Shown: positions 9,457-20,597, numbered from the stretch's first letter. The stretch is 64,000 nucleotides of DNA from Candidatus Eiseniibacteriota bacterium (GCA_963703225.1 OY969801.1:2656001-2720000); one strand, 5' to 3'. Numbers and translations: made by a program. The notes: generated by a model not told the origin, from the sequence alone.

Positions 9457-10872
9457 TCAGCGTCCCTTTGGGGAAAGGGCGGGGTGCGGCCCGAGTGGAA
9501 CGAATCCGGGGTTCAGTACGCCGTCGGGGTCGAACTTCCGCTTCGAGGCCCGGAAGAACTCCCACTCCGCGCCGAAGTGGGCGCGCCAGTCGGCCTCATC
9601 GAATTCCACGAAGCCGGAGAGGTAGCGCTTCCCGCCCATCGCGATGCTCAAGCGGCTTGCGTTCTCGAGCATCGGTTTGGCCTCGGGCCAGAATGGGGGC
9701 GGCACCGCCGGGAGGATCCCGAACCCCATGAGATCCTCCCCGGGGGGGCGCATGAAGAGACGGGACTGGGACGTCGAGCCCTTCGCCGGCCAGAGCAGCA
9801 CGTGCCCCCCGACGAGTATCGACGGAGGGAGATCGGGGAGGATCGCCTCCAGGAGATCGGGGGCCGTTTCCCAGGGCAGCACGGTCTCCATCCAGGGGTG
9901 GACATGCTCCCAGGTGCCGCCCCGCTTCCACAGATCGAAGACCGGTGCCAGTCGCTCGAAGAAGTCGATCGTGGGAAGGTCGTCGGTATAGAGATGTTCG
10001 TACGGCCGAAGCCCTTGAAGGAGGGCCGCGTCATCGGGAGGCGCGCCGGGCTCGAACTCGGCGGTCAGATGAAACGGGAAGAACCACTTGGCAAAGACCT
10101 GTCGGCGCCCGTTCACCGGCTTCGTGCCCTGCGGGGAGGGAGAGGCCCAGCTCTCGAGGTGATCCCATTGCCCGGAATTCATGGCCTGACGCGCGTCCTC
10201 CATGAACCGGTGCGCGTCGTCGTAAAGGAGGTAATAGGTCCGGGTCATCGGCTTGATCCGCCGGAGCTTGAGCCGCGCCCGCGTGATGATCCCCACCTGG
10301 CCGAGCCCCGCGATCGTGGACCAAAAGAGGTCCGCGTTCCGGTCCGGCGCGCAGGTCGTAAGCTCGCCTGCCCCCGTGACCACGTCGAGCTCGGCCACCT
10401 GGTCTCCCTGCGTGCCGTAGCGGAACGACGCGACGCCGATCCCCGCGATGGAGAGGGTGCCGCCCACCGTGACGTTCAGGTTGTTGGTGAGCACGGGGGG
10501 GGCCAGGCCGAGCGGATTCAGGTTCCGCACCAGATCGCCCCAGAGCGCACCTCCCTCGACGTCGAGGGTGAGCGCGTCGGAATCGAGATCTCCGATCCGC
10601 CCGAGCGACGGCATGTCGAGGAGGAGGCCGCCTTGGCTCACGGCGAGGAAGCTCTGACTGTGCCCGGCGCCGCGCGCGGAGACGGAGAGGCCCTGCTCCC
10701 GGGCGACCGCGACGGCGGCGACGACGTCGTCGGCGCTCCGGGGCTGGATCAGGAATCGCGGCGTCGCCGAGACGACATGCCCGAAGTTGGTGGTCCGATC
10801 CGGGGGAATCTGGTCCGGCGCGAGGACCGGTCCCCGGACGCGCCCCTGAAGCGCCTTCTGAAGCGTAGTCAA
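9457..10872 (-). CDS. FAD-binding oxidoreductase, VAO/PCMH family, cytokinin dehydrogenase-like
   Basis: ARGAGHS (covalent FAD His), TVGGTLSIAGIG, GLGQVGIITRAR, HPW and KRKFDPDGVLNPG. Likely TTG start at 10872; the longer ORF overlaps the DinB gene. Confidence 0.88.
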   Translation of the reverse strand: MTTLQKALQGRVRGPVLAPDQIPPDRTTNFGHVVSATPRFLIQPRSADDVVAAVAVAREQGLSVSARGAGHSQSFLAVSQGGLLLDMPSLGRIGDLDSDALTLDVEGGALWGDLVRNLNPLGLAPPVLTNNLNVTVGGTLSIAGIGVASFRYGTQGDQVAELDVVTGAGELTTCAPDRNADLFWSTIAGLGQVGIITRARLKLRRIKPMTRTYYLLYDDAHRFMEDARQAMNSGQWDHLESWASPSPQGTKPVNGRRQVFAKWFFPFHLTAEFEPGAPPDDAALLQGLRPYEHLYTDDLPTIDFFERLAPVFDLWKRGGTWEHVHPWMETVLPWETAPDLLEAILPDLPPSILVGGHVLLWPAKGSTSQSRLFMRPPGEDLMGFGILPAVPPPFWPEAKPMLENASRLSIAMGGKRYLSGFVEFDEADWRAHFGAEWEFFRASKRKFDPDGVLNPGFVPLGPHPALSPKGR

Positions 10873-10877
10873 CCCGA

Positions 10878-11456
10878 TCAGGTCTTCGCGGGAACCCGCG
10901 CCGCCTTGTACAAATGGCGGAGGAGCAGGACCTGGCCGAAGTGGCCCGAGAAGTGCTCGAGGATATGATAGAAGTACCAGCGGACGTTGAGGACGCGCTG
11001 GGTCCCGTCGGGACGGGTGCGCGTGACTTCCCGCTCGAGATCGGCGTCCTGCACGTTGGCCGCCAATTCCTTGACATGCGCGCGCGCCTTGACCAAGAGA
11101 TTCTCGTAGAAGGCAAGGTCCTTGCCCGCCAGATTGGCCGGTGGCCCAGCGTCCTCCGGGATCGGCATGCCGTCGTCGTCGAATCCGATGCCGAGAATTC
11201 CGTCCCCCGTGGGTTTCTCCTCCTTCTTCAACGCGATGAGCGTCCAGAAGACCTCCACGATCGCCAAATGGGCGAGGAGCATCCCCATCGTGTTCGTGCC
11301 GGGGTACGGCTGCCACTGAAGCTCATCCGGAGTGGCGCCCTGGAGCCCTTCCATGAGGCGGCGGCTCTGGTCGTCCATCTGGGCGAGGAAGGAGGCGACC
11401 TCCTGGGAGCGAAAGCCCGGAAGGGGCTGCATTACGGAACGTATGATCGTCGACAT
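10878..11456 (-). CDS. DinB/YfiT family protein
   Basis: NTMGMLLAHLAIVE--W and YHILEHFSGHFGQ supply the metal-binding His triad; SD GAGGAG. Confidence 0.9.
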   Translation of the reverse strand: MSTIIRSVMQPLPGFRSQEVASFLAQMDDQSRRLMEGLQGATPDELQWQPYPGTNTMGMLLAHLAIVEVFWTLIALKKEEKPTGDGILGIGFDDDGMPIPEDAGPPANLAGKDLAFYENLLVKARAHVKELAANVQDADLEREVTRTRPDGTQRVLNVRWYFYHILEHFSGHFGQVLLLRHLYKAARVPAKT

Positions 11457-11560
11457 GGAGCACTCCTCGGGTCAGAATCGTGGGACGAGAAACGTCTCAG
11501 GGCCCTAAGCATACCAGCCCGGGGCGCATGAGCGCACCGGGGGTTCTCCAAGGAGGCGAC

Positions 11561-11947
11561 ATGCCGTTCGCGGTCCAGTCGATCGACCACGTCGAGGTAT
11601 TCGTGCGGAGCATCCCCGACGCGATGCGCTGGTACGAGCAAGTGCTCGGACTCAAGGAGGTCGAGCGGTGGGACCCGGATCCGGTCATGATCGGGGCCGG
11701 CGGGACGAAGCTGGCCCTCTTTCAGGCGCCCGCCGACGCTGCGCCTACGAGCGAGAAGGACGCGCCCCCGCTGCGGTGGCACCGCGTCGCGTGGCTCACC
11801 GACCGCGCGGGGTTTGACGCGGCCCAGAAACACCTCGCCGCGCTCGGAATCCCCTTCCGGGGCCCGATCGATCACAAACCGACCACCTCCATCTACTTCC
11901 ACGACCCCGACGGACACCCCCTGGAGATCACGGTCCTCCTCGGGTAG
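11561..11947 (+). CDS. VOC/glyoxalase family protein
   Basis: IDHVEVFV...WYEQVLGL...SIYFHDPDGHPLEI; SD AGGAGG before the ATG at 11561. Confidence 0.9.
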   Translation: MPFAVQSIDHVEVFVRSIPDAMRWYEQVLGLKEVERWDPDPVMIGAGGTKLALFQAPADAAPTSEKDAPPLRWHRVAWLTDRAGFDAAQKHLAALGIPFRGPIDHKPTTSIYFHDPDGHPLEITVLLG

Positions 11948-11980
11948 CGGCCTCTCGCTCGGAAGGGTATGATGCGCCGC

Positions 11981-13852
11981 ATGCCGCACCGACCCCTCCC
12001 CATCGAGCGCCTCTACCTCGCCCACGAGATCGCCGAGCCGATCTTTGGCGCCGCGGCGGATCAGGTCTTCTACGCGCGCCGGGCCGATGGGCGCAGGACC
12101 ATCATCCGCCACTCGATCCAGAGCGGCTTGGCCGAGAGCGTGACGGCCGAGCCGAGGCCGATGGGCGGCGTGGGCTACGGCGGCGGGAACTTCACGGTGA
12201 AGGACCGGATCCTGGTCTACGCCGCGGACGACGGCCGGCTTCACGCGATCGATCTGGTCGGAGGCGAGCAGCGAACGATCACTCCCGCGTACGAAGGGGT
12301 CGCGGCCCCGACGATTTCTCCCTGCGGGCGTTGGGTCGCGTTCCTCTGCGAGCAGGATGGACACTGCAACGTCTTCTTGGCCGACCTCAGGGGCGAGGTC
12401 GCCCCGGTCAAGCTCTCCGCCGACCCCTGGTATGCCTTCAATCCGATCTTTGCTCCCGACGGCGGGCGGATCGCCTGGCAGGAGTGGGACGAGTACGACA
12501 TGCCGTGGGACGAGGCCCGGATTCAGATCGAGCGGTTCTCAAAGCCGTGCGGATCGTGGTCCGCCATGACCGAAGCGTTGCCGCTCGCGAGAGCCGCCAC
12601 GATCGGGAAATCGCGCGTCTCCTATTCCGTGCCGCAGTGGAGCCCGGACGGGAAACACCTCGCGTTCACGAGCGACGAATCGGGATGGCGATCGCTCTGG
12701 GTCGGCGACGCAGAGGGAGGAGGCGCGGCGCGCGTCGAGACCGGCGAAGGCGAGATCGGGCTCCCCGACTGGGTCCCCGGTCTCCACGCCTACCGCTGGA
12801 GCGGCGACGGTTCCGCGATCTTCGCCGTTCGAGGGCGGAAGAGCAGCGACTCGCTGCTCCGGATCGGCTGGCCGGGCGGGAAGGCCGAGGAGCTCGCGTC
12901 CGAGTACACCGACATCAGGGGACTTCAGGTGCGGGGCGAATCTCTGGTTTATGTCGGCGCCAACGCGGCGACGCCCGCGGTGCTCGTCACGCGCGACGGC
13001 GCTCGGGGGGCCGAGGTGGCCCGCGCCTCGACGGGTGTGGGATTGATCGAGAAGTCCACGCTCTCGACGCCCGAGGTGCTCACGTGGCGCAGCAAGGGCG
13101 GTGCCCAGGCCTGGGGAATTCTCTACCCCGCGGTCGGGCCCGACGCGGAGCGTGGTCTGCGCCCCCTCCTCATCCACATGCACGGCGGCCCGACGTCGCA
13201 GGTTCCGCTCACGTGGGTCTCGCAGGCTCAATACTTCGCGACGCGCGGATGGCACTACCTGATCGTCAATCACCGCGGCGGAACGGGGTTCGGACGCGCC
13301 TACCAAGACCTGCTGCGGGGCCGCTGGGGCGTCGTGGATTTGGAAGACGCGCGCACCGGCGCCGAGCAGATCATCCAGAATCGCAGCGGTGATCCGAAGC
13401 GCGTGGCGATCACGGGCGGGAGCGCCGGCGGCTACGCCACGCTCTGGGCCCTGACGCAGCAGCCCGAATTCTGGACCGCCGGCGTGGCGCTCTTCCCCCT
13501 CGCCGACATCTACGACGCGGTCGTCGGATCGCACCGCTTCGAGCGGCACTACGAGGAGACGCTCTTCGGCCGCCTGCCGGAGGCGGGCCCGCTCTGGAAG
13601 GAGCGCTCACCCCTCACCCACGTCGATCGGGTGCGCGCGCCGGTCCTCCTCTTTCACGGGACTGAGGACAAGGCGGTGCCGCACCAGCAATCGGTCGATT
13701 TCGCGGAGGCGGTGCGCCGGCGGGGCGGCATCGCGGAGCTGGCCTCCTACGAGGGCGAGGGACACGGCTTCGCGAAGGAGGCAAACCGCCGCGACATGAT
13801 CGAGCGGATGGAGCGCTTTCTCGAGAAGTACGTGATCTGCTTGCAGCGCTAG
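11981..13852 (+). CDS. S9 family peptidase (dipeptidyl aminopeptidase/acylaminoacyl peptidase)
   Basis: Beta-propeller N-terminus; HGGP, GGSAGG nucleophile, HGTED and EGHGF. The start could be 11969 or 11981; the latter is 7 nt after TATGAT. Confidence 0.93.
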   Translation: MPHRPLPIERLYLAHEIAEPIFGAAADQVFYARRADGRRTIIRHSIQSGLAESVTAEPRPMGGVGYGGGNFTVKDRILVYAADDGRLHAIDLVGGEQRTITPAYEGVAAPTISPCGRWVAFLCEQDGHCNVFLADLRGEVAPVKLSADPWYAFNPIFAPDGGRIAWQEWDEYDMPWDEARIQIERFSKPCGSWSAMTEALPLARAATIGKSRVSYSVPQWSPDGKHLAFTSDESGWRSLWVGDAEGGGAARVETGEGEIGLPDWVPGLHAYRWSGDGSAIFAVRGRKSSDSLLRIGWPGGKAEELASEYTDIRGLQVRGESLVYVGANAATPAVLVTRDGARGAEVARASTGVGLIEKSTLSTPEVLTWRSKGGAQAWGILYPAVGPDAERGLRPLLIHMHGGPTSQVPLTWVSQAQYFATRGWHYLIVNHRGGTGFGRAYQDLLRGRWGVVDLEDARTGAEQIIQNRSGDPKRVAITGGSAGGYATLWALTQQPEFWTAGVALFPLADIYDAVVGSHRFERHYEETLFGRLPEAGPLWKERSPLTHVDRVRAPVLLFHGTEDKAVPHQQSVDFAEAVRRRGGIAELASYEGEGHGFAKEANRRDMIERMERFLEKYVICLQR

Positions 13853-13876
13853 CCGAGGGGTGCGACCCGAGCGCCC

Positions 13877-15042
13877 CTAGAGCAGCTCCGAAACCGGGTT
13901 CGGCTCCCCTTCCTCGAACCGCGCGGGGCGAAGCGCGCTGATGTCGAGCGTCGACGCGGCCCCGTCCAGGATCACCTCCGCGAGGAGCTGCCCCAACGCC
14001 GGTGCGTGCATCACGCCGTGCCCGGACGACCCATTGATCAGGTAGAGGTTGGGGCACTCGGCCGCCGGGCCGACGATCGCGTGCTTATCCGGCGACATCT
14101 CGTAGAGGCCGGCCCAGCACGCCTCCCGGTCGATCACCGCCTCCCGCAGCTTGGGCACGCGATCGTGCGCGGCGCGCACCACGGCGTCGATCCACTCCGG
14201 CTCGACGCTCACGTCGTACGGTCGCCCCGCCACGCCGGGAGTCGGCCGAAGCAGCAGCACCCTGCGATCCCGCACGCGGAAATGAAACCCGTCGACGACG
14301 AAGATGGTCATCGGCGTTCCTTCGGGCAGGAGATCGCAGGGCACGGTGGCGGCGGCCTGACGCCGGAGCGGGTTCACGGGGAGCAGGACGCCGGCGTGGG
14401 CCGCGATGGTGGCCGCCCACGGACCGGCGGCGTTCACGACCGATTCGATTTCGACGCGGCCGCGCGGCGTTTCGAGATGCGAATATCCGCCCGTCGGCGC
14501 CGCACGCGATGGAGGCCACCTCCACACCCCACTCGACGCTAACCCCCAGCCGCTGGGCGGCGGCCAGATAGCCCTCGAGGATCGCGACGGGACGTATGAA
14601 CCCGTCGGTTGGACAAAACGCGCCGCCCACGATCCCCTCGAGCCCAACGGCAGGACAGAGCCGCGCGATCTCCGAGGGCCCAACCTCGACCGCTTCGGTG
14701 AGCCCCTCCGCGTGCTGAATCCTCTGCGCCCAGCGGAGCGCGTTCAGCTCTGCCTCGGTGCTCGCGAGCCAGAGGTAGCCGGAGGGGGCGTAGCCCGAAT
14801 CGATCGCCAATCTCCTCTCGGAATCGTTGGAGCTTCTCCCGCGCGAGGAGAGAGAGGCGGACGTTGATCGGCGTCGCGAACTGGGCGCGAAAGCCCCCGG
14901 TCGCGGCGCCGGTGCTGCCCTGCCCGGGTCCTGGGTTTCGATCCAGGACCAGAACGTCCTTCATCCCCCGGAGCGCTAAGTGGTACGCCACGCTCGCGCC
15001 CAGGACACCGCCGCCTAAGACGGCGACCGACGCCCGCGTCAT
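13877..15042 (-). CDS. DAO/sarcosine oxidase beta-like FAD oxidoreductase (frameshifts near 14805 and 14485)
   Basis: GGGVLG...GSTGAATGG, SGYLWLA, VVNAAGPWA, WAGLYEMSPD and GSSGHGVMHAPALG are spread across three frames. Confidence 0.85.
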
Positions 15043-15455
15043 GCCGTGAAGACGTGCTCGGGATGCTTGAACGTCTTGAACTCGAGCGCGTTTCCGCTCG
15101 GATCGAGCAGAAACATGGTCCCCTGCTCGCCCGGCTGACCCTCGTACCGGGTCCGCGGCTCGAGTACGAAGGGGAGCCCCGCGCGCCGAATCCGCTCGGC
15201 CAGCACCTGGAACTCATCCCAACCCAGGATCGCGCCGAAGTGCGGCATCGGAACCGCCACGCCGTCCACGTGGCCCGTTTTCTCGGTGCCCATGACCGCG
15301 CCCGTGGTGTGGGCCGAGATCTGATGGCCGAAGAAATCGAAGTCGACCCAGGTCTCGGTGCTGCGGCCTTCGCGGCACCCCAGCACGTCGCCGTAGAAAT
15401 GGCGCGTGGACGGCAGGTCCTTGACGATGAACGCAAAGTGAAACGGGCGCGTCAT
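15039..15455 (-). CDS. VOC family glyoxalase/dioxygenase
   Basis: PFHFAF-V-DL, WVDFDFFGHQISAH, PHFG and MFLLDPSGNALEFK. Confidence 0.92.
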   Translation of the reverse strand: MTRPFHFAFIVKDLPSTRHFYGDVLGCREGRSTETWVDFDFFGHQISAHTTGAVMGTEKTGHVDGVAVPMPHFGAILGWDEFQVLAERIRRAGLPFVLEPRTRYEGQPGEQGTMFLLDPSGNALEFKTFKHPEHVFTA

Positions 15456-15481
15456 GGTTGGCTCCCTCGCGGCGGCGATGT

Positions 15482-16090
15482 CTACTTGGTGACCGGGTTC
15501 GCGGCCGTTTCCTTCGGCGCGTCCCAGGCCGGCGGGGCGGGCATGATCAAGGCGCCGCCGCTCGCGGTCTGCCCCGGCGGAAGCGGGCCGAGATTCTTGT
15601 GCCGCACCGGCGGGACGCTCCTCAGGTATGCGATGACGGCCGCCATGTCCTCCGGCGTGTAGTGTGCGTAGTTCGGCCAGGGCATGGGCGGGGCGACCGG
15701 GCTGCCATCTCTCTTGATCCCCGAGCGGAGCGCCCGCTCGATCTCGGCGTCGGTCCAGGCCCCCAGGCCGGTTTCGGTATCGGGCGTGAGGTTGCTGGCG
15801 TACGAGACCCCCCACGGCCCCTGCCACCCCAGGTCGCTCCCCGCCAGCGTCCGCTTGAAGTCGGGAGCGTTGTAGAGCAGGCCAGGGGTGTGACAGTCGT
15901 TGCACCCCGAAATGGTGACGAGGTATGCCCCCCGCTGCAGGGGGGGCGTCATCATGGCCGCCGTTTCGGTGGCCGCGCCGCTCTGCGCTTGCTTGGACGA
16001 GCAGGCGGCGGTTCCCCCTAGGACCGCGGCGACCACGACGAGAGCAACGATCCCATTCGGCCGCATCCGAAGCATCTCTGTTCCCTCCAC
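15482..16090 (-). CDS. Monoheme cytochrome c lipoprotein
   Basis: Lipobox TAAC; heme motif CNDCH; SNLTPD-ETGLG-W and PPMPW (axial Met). Confidence 0.9.
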   Translation of the reverse strand: MEGTEMLRMRPNGIVALVVVAAVLGGTAACSSKQAQSGAATETAAMMTPPLQRGAYLVTISGCNDCHTPGLLYNAPDFKRTLAGSDLGWQGPWGVSYASNLTPDTETGLGAWTDAEIERALRSGIKRDGSPVAPPMPWPNYAHYTPEDMAAVIAYLRSVPPVRHKNLGPLPPGQTASGGALIMPAPPAWDAPKETAANPVTK

Positions 16091-16094
16091 TGTC

Positions 16095-16887
16095 TCATGA
16101 TGAGCGGACTACTTCTACCAACTCCCCGTGACCACATCCTTCACGATCCACGCGACCACCGCGACCGCGACCACCAGGACCGCGCCCCGGATGAAGCGGT
16201 CGCCGCCCCGCACGACCAGGTGGGCACCGAGAAATCCGCCCAGGAGCTGCGCCGCCGCCATCGGGAACGGCGACGCTCCAAAGCACCGCCCCGCGATTCG
16301 CGAAAATCAGCATCGCCGTGAAATTGGAGGCGAAGTTTAGCACCTTTGCCTCGGCCGTCGCGCGCGCGAGCGGGAGGTGGAGCAGCATGACGTAGGCCGC
16401 GATGATGAACGTCCCTGCCCCGGGGCCGAAGAAGCCGTCGTACGCGCCGAGGACAACCGCGATGGCCGCGATCCAGAGCCCGGCGGTCTTGCCCATGGGC
16501 GCCGCCCCTTCGCGCGGACGGATCCGGCCCGACGCGATCAGGAGCGCCGCGACGATGAGCAAGAGCATCACGATGGGCCGCAGCACCCCGGGCTTGAGAT
16601 AGAGCGCGAGCGCGGCGCCCGAGATCGATCCGAGGACGGCGAGCGGGAACGAGATGCGGCGCGGTCCGTCCTTCGATCAGCCCGGCGTGCCGGTAGCGAA
16701 GGGTCGCGGCAAAGGAGCCGAACGTCGACTGCCCCTTGTTCGTCCCCAGGGCGAGATGGGGCGGAAGGCCCACGGCCAGGAGGACCGGGACCGTGAAGAG
16801 ACCGCCGCCGCCCGAAATCGCGTCCACGGTGCCACCGAGGAGCGCGGCCGCGCAAAGGAGGGCCACCTGCACCGCCGAAAGTTCCAC
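16095..16887 (-). CDS. TSUP/TauE-SafE family sulfite exporter (frameshifts near 16660 and 16270)
   Basis: VDAISGGGGL...ALGTNK in one frame; YDGFFGPGAGTF...AKVLNFASN in another. Confidence 0.85.
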
Positions 16888-17086
16888 GGGCTACGCCTGG
16901 GATACGGTGCAGGGCAAACGCATTGGGCGCATTATGCACCGACGGAGGCGGGCGGCAAAGCGCTCGCCGGTGGTGACGTGGAGCGCCCGGTGGTATCCTG
17001 CGCCGCGACCCGCGCGGTGCCATGCCGCGGTGAGGCGTCGGGCCGCGCGGATGGATCCGCCGGCCGATCGAGGAGGAGGACGGTTC

Positions 17087-17524
17087 ATGGGCAAGATCGC
17101 TTGGGGCAGAGTGATCCTTGGGGGTTTGGTCGCGGGGGTTCTCTGGTGGATCTTCGAAGGGTTGGTTCACGGCCTCATGCTGGGCCATGAATGGCGCGCC
17201 GCGTTCATGGCGCTCGGCAGGACCAACGAGCAAATGGACGCGGGGAACGGCCGCTTCATGATGCTGGTCACGGTCTGGTGTCTTGTCGCCGGCATCCTCG
17301 GCGTCTGGCTCTACGCCGCGATCCGTCCCCGGTTCGGGCCCGGCCCCAAGACCGCGATGATCGCCGGCGTTGGGCTCTGGTCGATGAGCTACCTCCTGCC
17401 CACGATCGTCGACTACGCCTTTGGGCTCTGGCCGAACAAGCTGATGTTCCTCCCGCTGGCCACCGCCTTCTTCGAGTCCATTATCACCACCATGGTGGGA
17501 GCGTGGCTCTATAAGGAGGCATAG
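17087..17524 (+). CDS. Hypothetical membrane protein (4 TM)
   Basis: SD AGGAGGAGG; RVILGGLVAG...WLYAAIRPRFGPGPKTA...GAWLYKE. Confidence 0.8.
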   Translation: MGKIAWGRVILGGLVAGVLWWIFEGLVHGLMLGHEWRAAFMALGRTNEQMDAGNGRFMMLVTVWCLVAGILGVWLYAAIRPRFGPGPKTAMIAGVGLWSMSYLLPTIVDYAFGLWPNKLMFLPLATAFFESIITTMVGAWLYKEA

Positions 17525-17539
17525 CCGCCCGCCGCACCT

Positions 17540-18989
17540 ATGACCGACGGCGATCGATTTCGCTCCCTGGCGCATCGCGCGGCCGACATCGCCGCGGACC
17601 ACCTGGAAGGAGCGGCTCGGGGACCCGTATTCCGGCCGATGACCGGGGAGGAGCGACGCGCTACTCCTCGACCTGCCCCTCCCGGAGCAAGGCCAGCGCC
17701 CCGAGGACGCGCTCGAATTCGCGAGCGCGACCATCCTCTCCCACCCCATGGGAAATGGACACCCGCGCTTCTTCGGATGGGTGAATTCTCCGCCGTCGCC
17801 CGAGGGAATCGCAGCCGAGCTTCTGGCCGCGGCGCTCAATCCGAGCGTCGCGGGGGGCGACCATGCGGCCGTCTACCTGGAGCGCGGCGTCGTTCGTTGG
17901 CTCATGGAGCTGGTCGGATATCCCGTGGCCGGGAGCATGGGGATCCTCGTCAGCGGCGGCTCGGTCGCGAGCCTGATCGGGCTGACCGCGGCGCGCCACA
18001 GGGCCGCACGGGACGACGGGTGGAACGTCCGGGAGGAAGGGCTCCAAGGCGGGAGGCCCCGGCTCGTGCTCTACGTGACGGGCGAAGGGCATTCGGCCCT
18101 TCGAAAGGCGGCGGAGATTCTGGGCCTCGGCTCGGCGTCGGTCCGCGTGGTCGCCACCGATGCCGAGCTTCGGATGGACGTCCGGGCGCTTCGGAAGGCG
18201 ATCGCGCAGGACCGCGCGGCCGGGAAACGCCCCTTCTGCGTCGCGGCCAGCGCCGGGACGGTCAACTCGGGCGCGATCGACCCGCTCGCGGAGATCGCCG
18301 AGGTCTGCTCGGGAGAGAGGCTCTGGCTCCACGTCGACGGCGCCTACGGGGCGTTCGGCGCCGCGGTCCCCTCGCTGGCGCCGCTCTACGAGGGGATGGC
18401 TCGCGCCGACTCGCTCGCGCTCGATCCGCACAAGTGGCTCTCGGTGCCGATCGAGTGTGGCTGCGCCCTGATCCGGGACGGCGCGCTGCTGCGCGACGCC
18501 TTCAGCCTCGTGCCGCCCTACTTGCGGACCGAGGAGGGAAAGGGGTTCGGCGGTCTCCCGTGGTTCTCCGAGTACGGGCCCCAGCAGACGCGCGGATTTC
18601 GCGCGCTCAAGCTCTGGATGACGATCCGATCGATGGGGCGCCGCGGAATCGCGGCTCGGGTCGAGCGCCACGTCGCGCTGGCGCGGCGGCTTGCTTCCAA
18701 GATCGACGGAGCGGCCGACCTGGAACGGCTCGCCCAGGGCCCGCTCTCGATCGTCTGCTTCCGCTACGCGCCCGCCGCGCTCGCGGGACAGGAAGAGCGG
18801 CTCGACGCGCTCAACAAGGCGGTCATGGAGCGGGTGCAGGCGGGCGGCGAGGCGTTTCTCTCGGGGACCACCATCCGGGACCGATTTGCGCTCCGGGCCT
18901 GCGTCCTGCATGATGGAACGACCGAAGCGGACATCGACGCACTGGTCGAAATCACGAGACGGGCGGGAGTGGAATGCGCGCGATCATAG
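17540..18989 (+). CDS. Group II PLP-dependent decarboxylase, aromatic-L-amino-acid decarboxylase-like (frameshift near 17660)
   Basis: HPRFFGWV, SGGS, AGTVNSGAIDP, WLHVDGAYG and DPHKWL (PLP lysine). Confidence 0.9.
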
Positions 18990-19865
18990 TTGATGCCTTC
19001 ACGCTTCAGCCGGGCGCGGGAAACCGGGCCGGGATCGTCCCGGATGCGGCGGCTCTCGACGAAGCGGCGATGCAGCGCGCCGCCGCCGCGGTCGCGGCGT
19101 CGGAGACGGCCTTCGTGCTCCCACCGCCCGCTGGCGCCGCGGTGCGGCTGCGGTACTTCACTCCCAGCGACGAGATCAAGTTCTGCGGCCACGCCACGGT
19201 CGCCTCGTTTCACTGGCTTGCCGAGACCGGCGCGCTCTCCGTCCCCGGTCGTCACACGCTCGACTGCCCCGCCGGCCGGCTCGAAATCGATCTCGAGCGC
19301 GAGGCCGACGGACGGTGTCGCGTCTGGATGGCCACCCCTCGCTATCCGTTTCAGGCCGAACCCGATCGCGGAGGCCACGCTCCTCGGGCTCCTGGGCGGC
19401 AATCAGGCGATGCGCGATCGGGAGCTTCCGATCGAGCACGCGGGGCACCATCTCTACGTCCCGATCAAGAAGCGCGCCGATCTCTGGAGCTTGACGCCGC
19501 AGTGGGACGCGCTCGCCGCGGAGGGAGATCGCCACGGCGTCCGCGGCTATTACGTCTTCACCCGGGACGTGGTGGAGGCGGAGAGCGCGTCGCACGGACG
19601 ATACTTCGCCCCTTCGCTTGGAGTCCGGGAGGATCCGGTGACCGGTTCGGCCAGCGGGCCGCTCGCGGAGTACCTGGCTCGGCATGGCGTCTTGAAGTTC
19701 CCGAGCGGCGGGGGTCCGGCGCGAGGGCGCGCCGAGCAGGGCGACGCGATGGGCAAGCCGGGGCGGCCGGAGCTGGAAGTCACGGGCACGCCCGACCACG
19801 TACAGGGAGTCCGGGTCGGGGGCGTCGCGGTCACCGTGCTCGACGGAACGCTCCGCAAGTTCTAG
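18974..19865 (+). CDS. PhzF family epimerase (frameshift near 19355)
   Basis: VDAF---PGAGN, SETAF, FTP--E--FCGHAT in the first frame; EDPVTGSASG and EQG--MGKP in the second. Confidence 0.9.
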
Positions 19866-20590
19866 CCCAGCTTCTTCCCCACGATTCGAAGCCCCGCCGC
19901 CGTGAGATCGCGCTCGCGAAGAAGCCGGGATTCCAGTTCCAAGATCCGCCGCGCGACCCGCGCGCCCCGCTCACTCTCCTCCAGCCTCTCGCAAAAGCTT
20001 CGGTAGAGGTAGGGAGCTTCGTCCCCGGCCGTGATCTCGAAGTGTTCCCGCGCCGCCGCCAACATGGCGTGGCCCGTCTGGAGCGGCGGGTCGTGGGTGT
20101 GGTCCCTTCTCCACCGACCCAGCGGATTCCCCTCCTTGGCTTCGTCGCCCGACGGGGCGAGAACGCCCGTTTCCACGAGCACCGATTCCAGGTCGTAGTA
20201 CCAGCGCGCGGTGGGGAGCGTGACGCGGTCGTAGGCGAACTCCTCTCCGATCAAGAGCCCGGCAGGCTCGAGGAGCGCGTCGGCCCGCGCGATCGCTCCC
20301 TCGACTGGCGCCATGTGGTGAAGCGAGCGGGTGAAGAGCACCGCGGCGTAGGATTGCGAATCTTTGTGATGGAGAAAGTCGGCCTCGATCCACCGGACCT
20401 TCTCCGCGCCCGGAGAGTCGGGCCGGCCCGCTGCTTCGTCGATCGCGGTCACGTCGTATCCGCGGGCGGAGAGCGCGATGGCCACCGCCCCGTCGCCCGA
20501 TCCAACTTCGAGGACCCGGCGCGGCGGCGCGGGGAGCGCCCGCTCCAGAAAGCGAAGCGTCTCTTGAAGCGGGATCTCGGCCGGCTTCAT
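19862..20590 (-). CDS. Class I SAM-dependent methyltransferase
   Basis: VLEVGSGDG motif I; SLHH; LEPAGLL. Confidence 0.88.
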   Translation of the reverse strand: MKPAEIPLQETLRFLERALPAPPRRVLEVGSGDGAVAIALSARGYDVTAIDEAAGRPDSPGAEKVRWIEADFLHHKDSQSYAAVLFTRSLHHMAPVEGAIARADALLEPAGLLIGEEFAYDRVTLPTARWYYDLESVLVETGVLAPSGDEAKEGNPLGRWRRDHTHDPPLQTGHAMLAAAREHFEITAGDEAPYLYRSFCERLEESERGARVARRILELESRLLRERDLTAAGLRIVGKKLG

Positions 20591-20597
20591 GGGGGCG

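Noticed and set aside
7768..10968. 1066-aa plus-strand ORF and other long antisense or alternate-frame ORFs (e.g. 27395-29434, 61778-63748)
   Set aside because: These are shadow ORFs expected at high GC. They are Arg/Pro/Gly-rich, lack motifs, and overlap well-supported genes.
18974..19865. Phenazine biosynthesis
   Set aside because: Only a lone PhzF-family gene is present, with no phzA/B/D/E/G.
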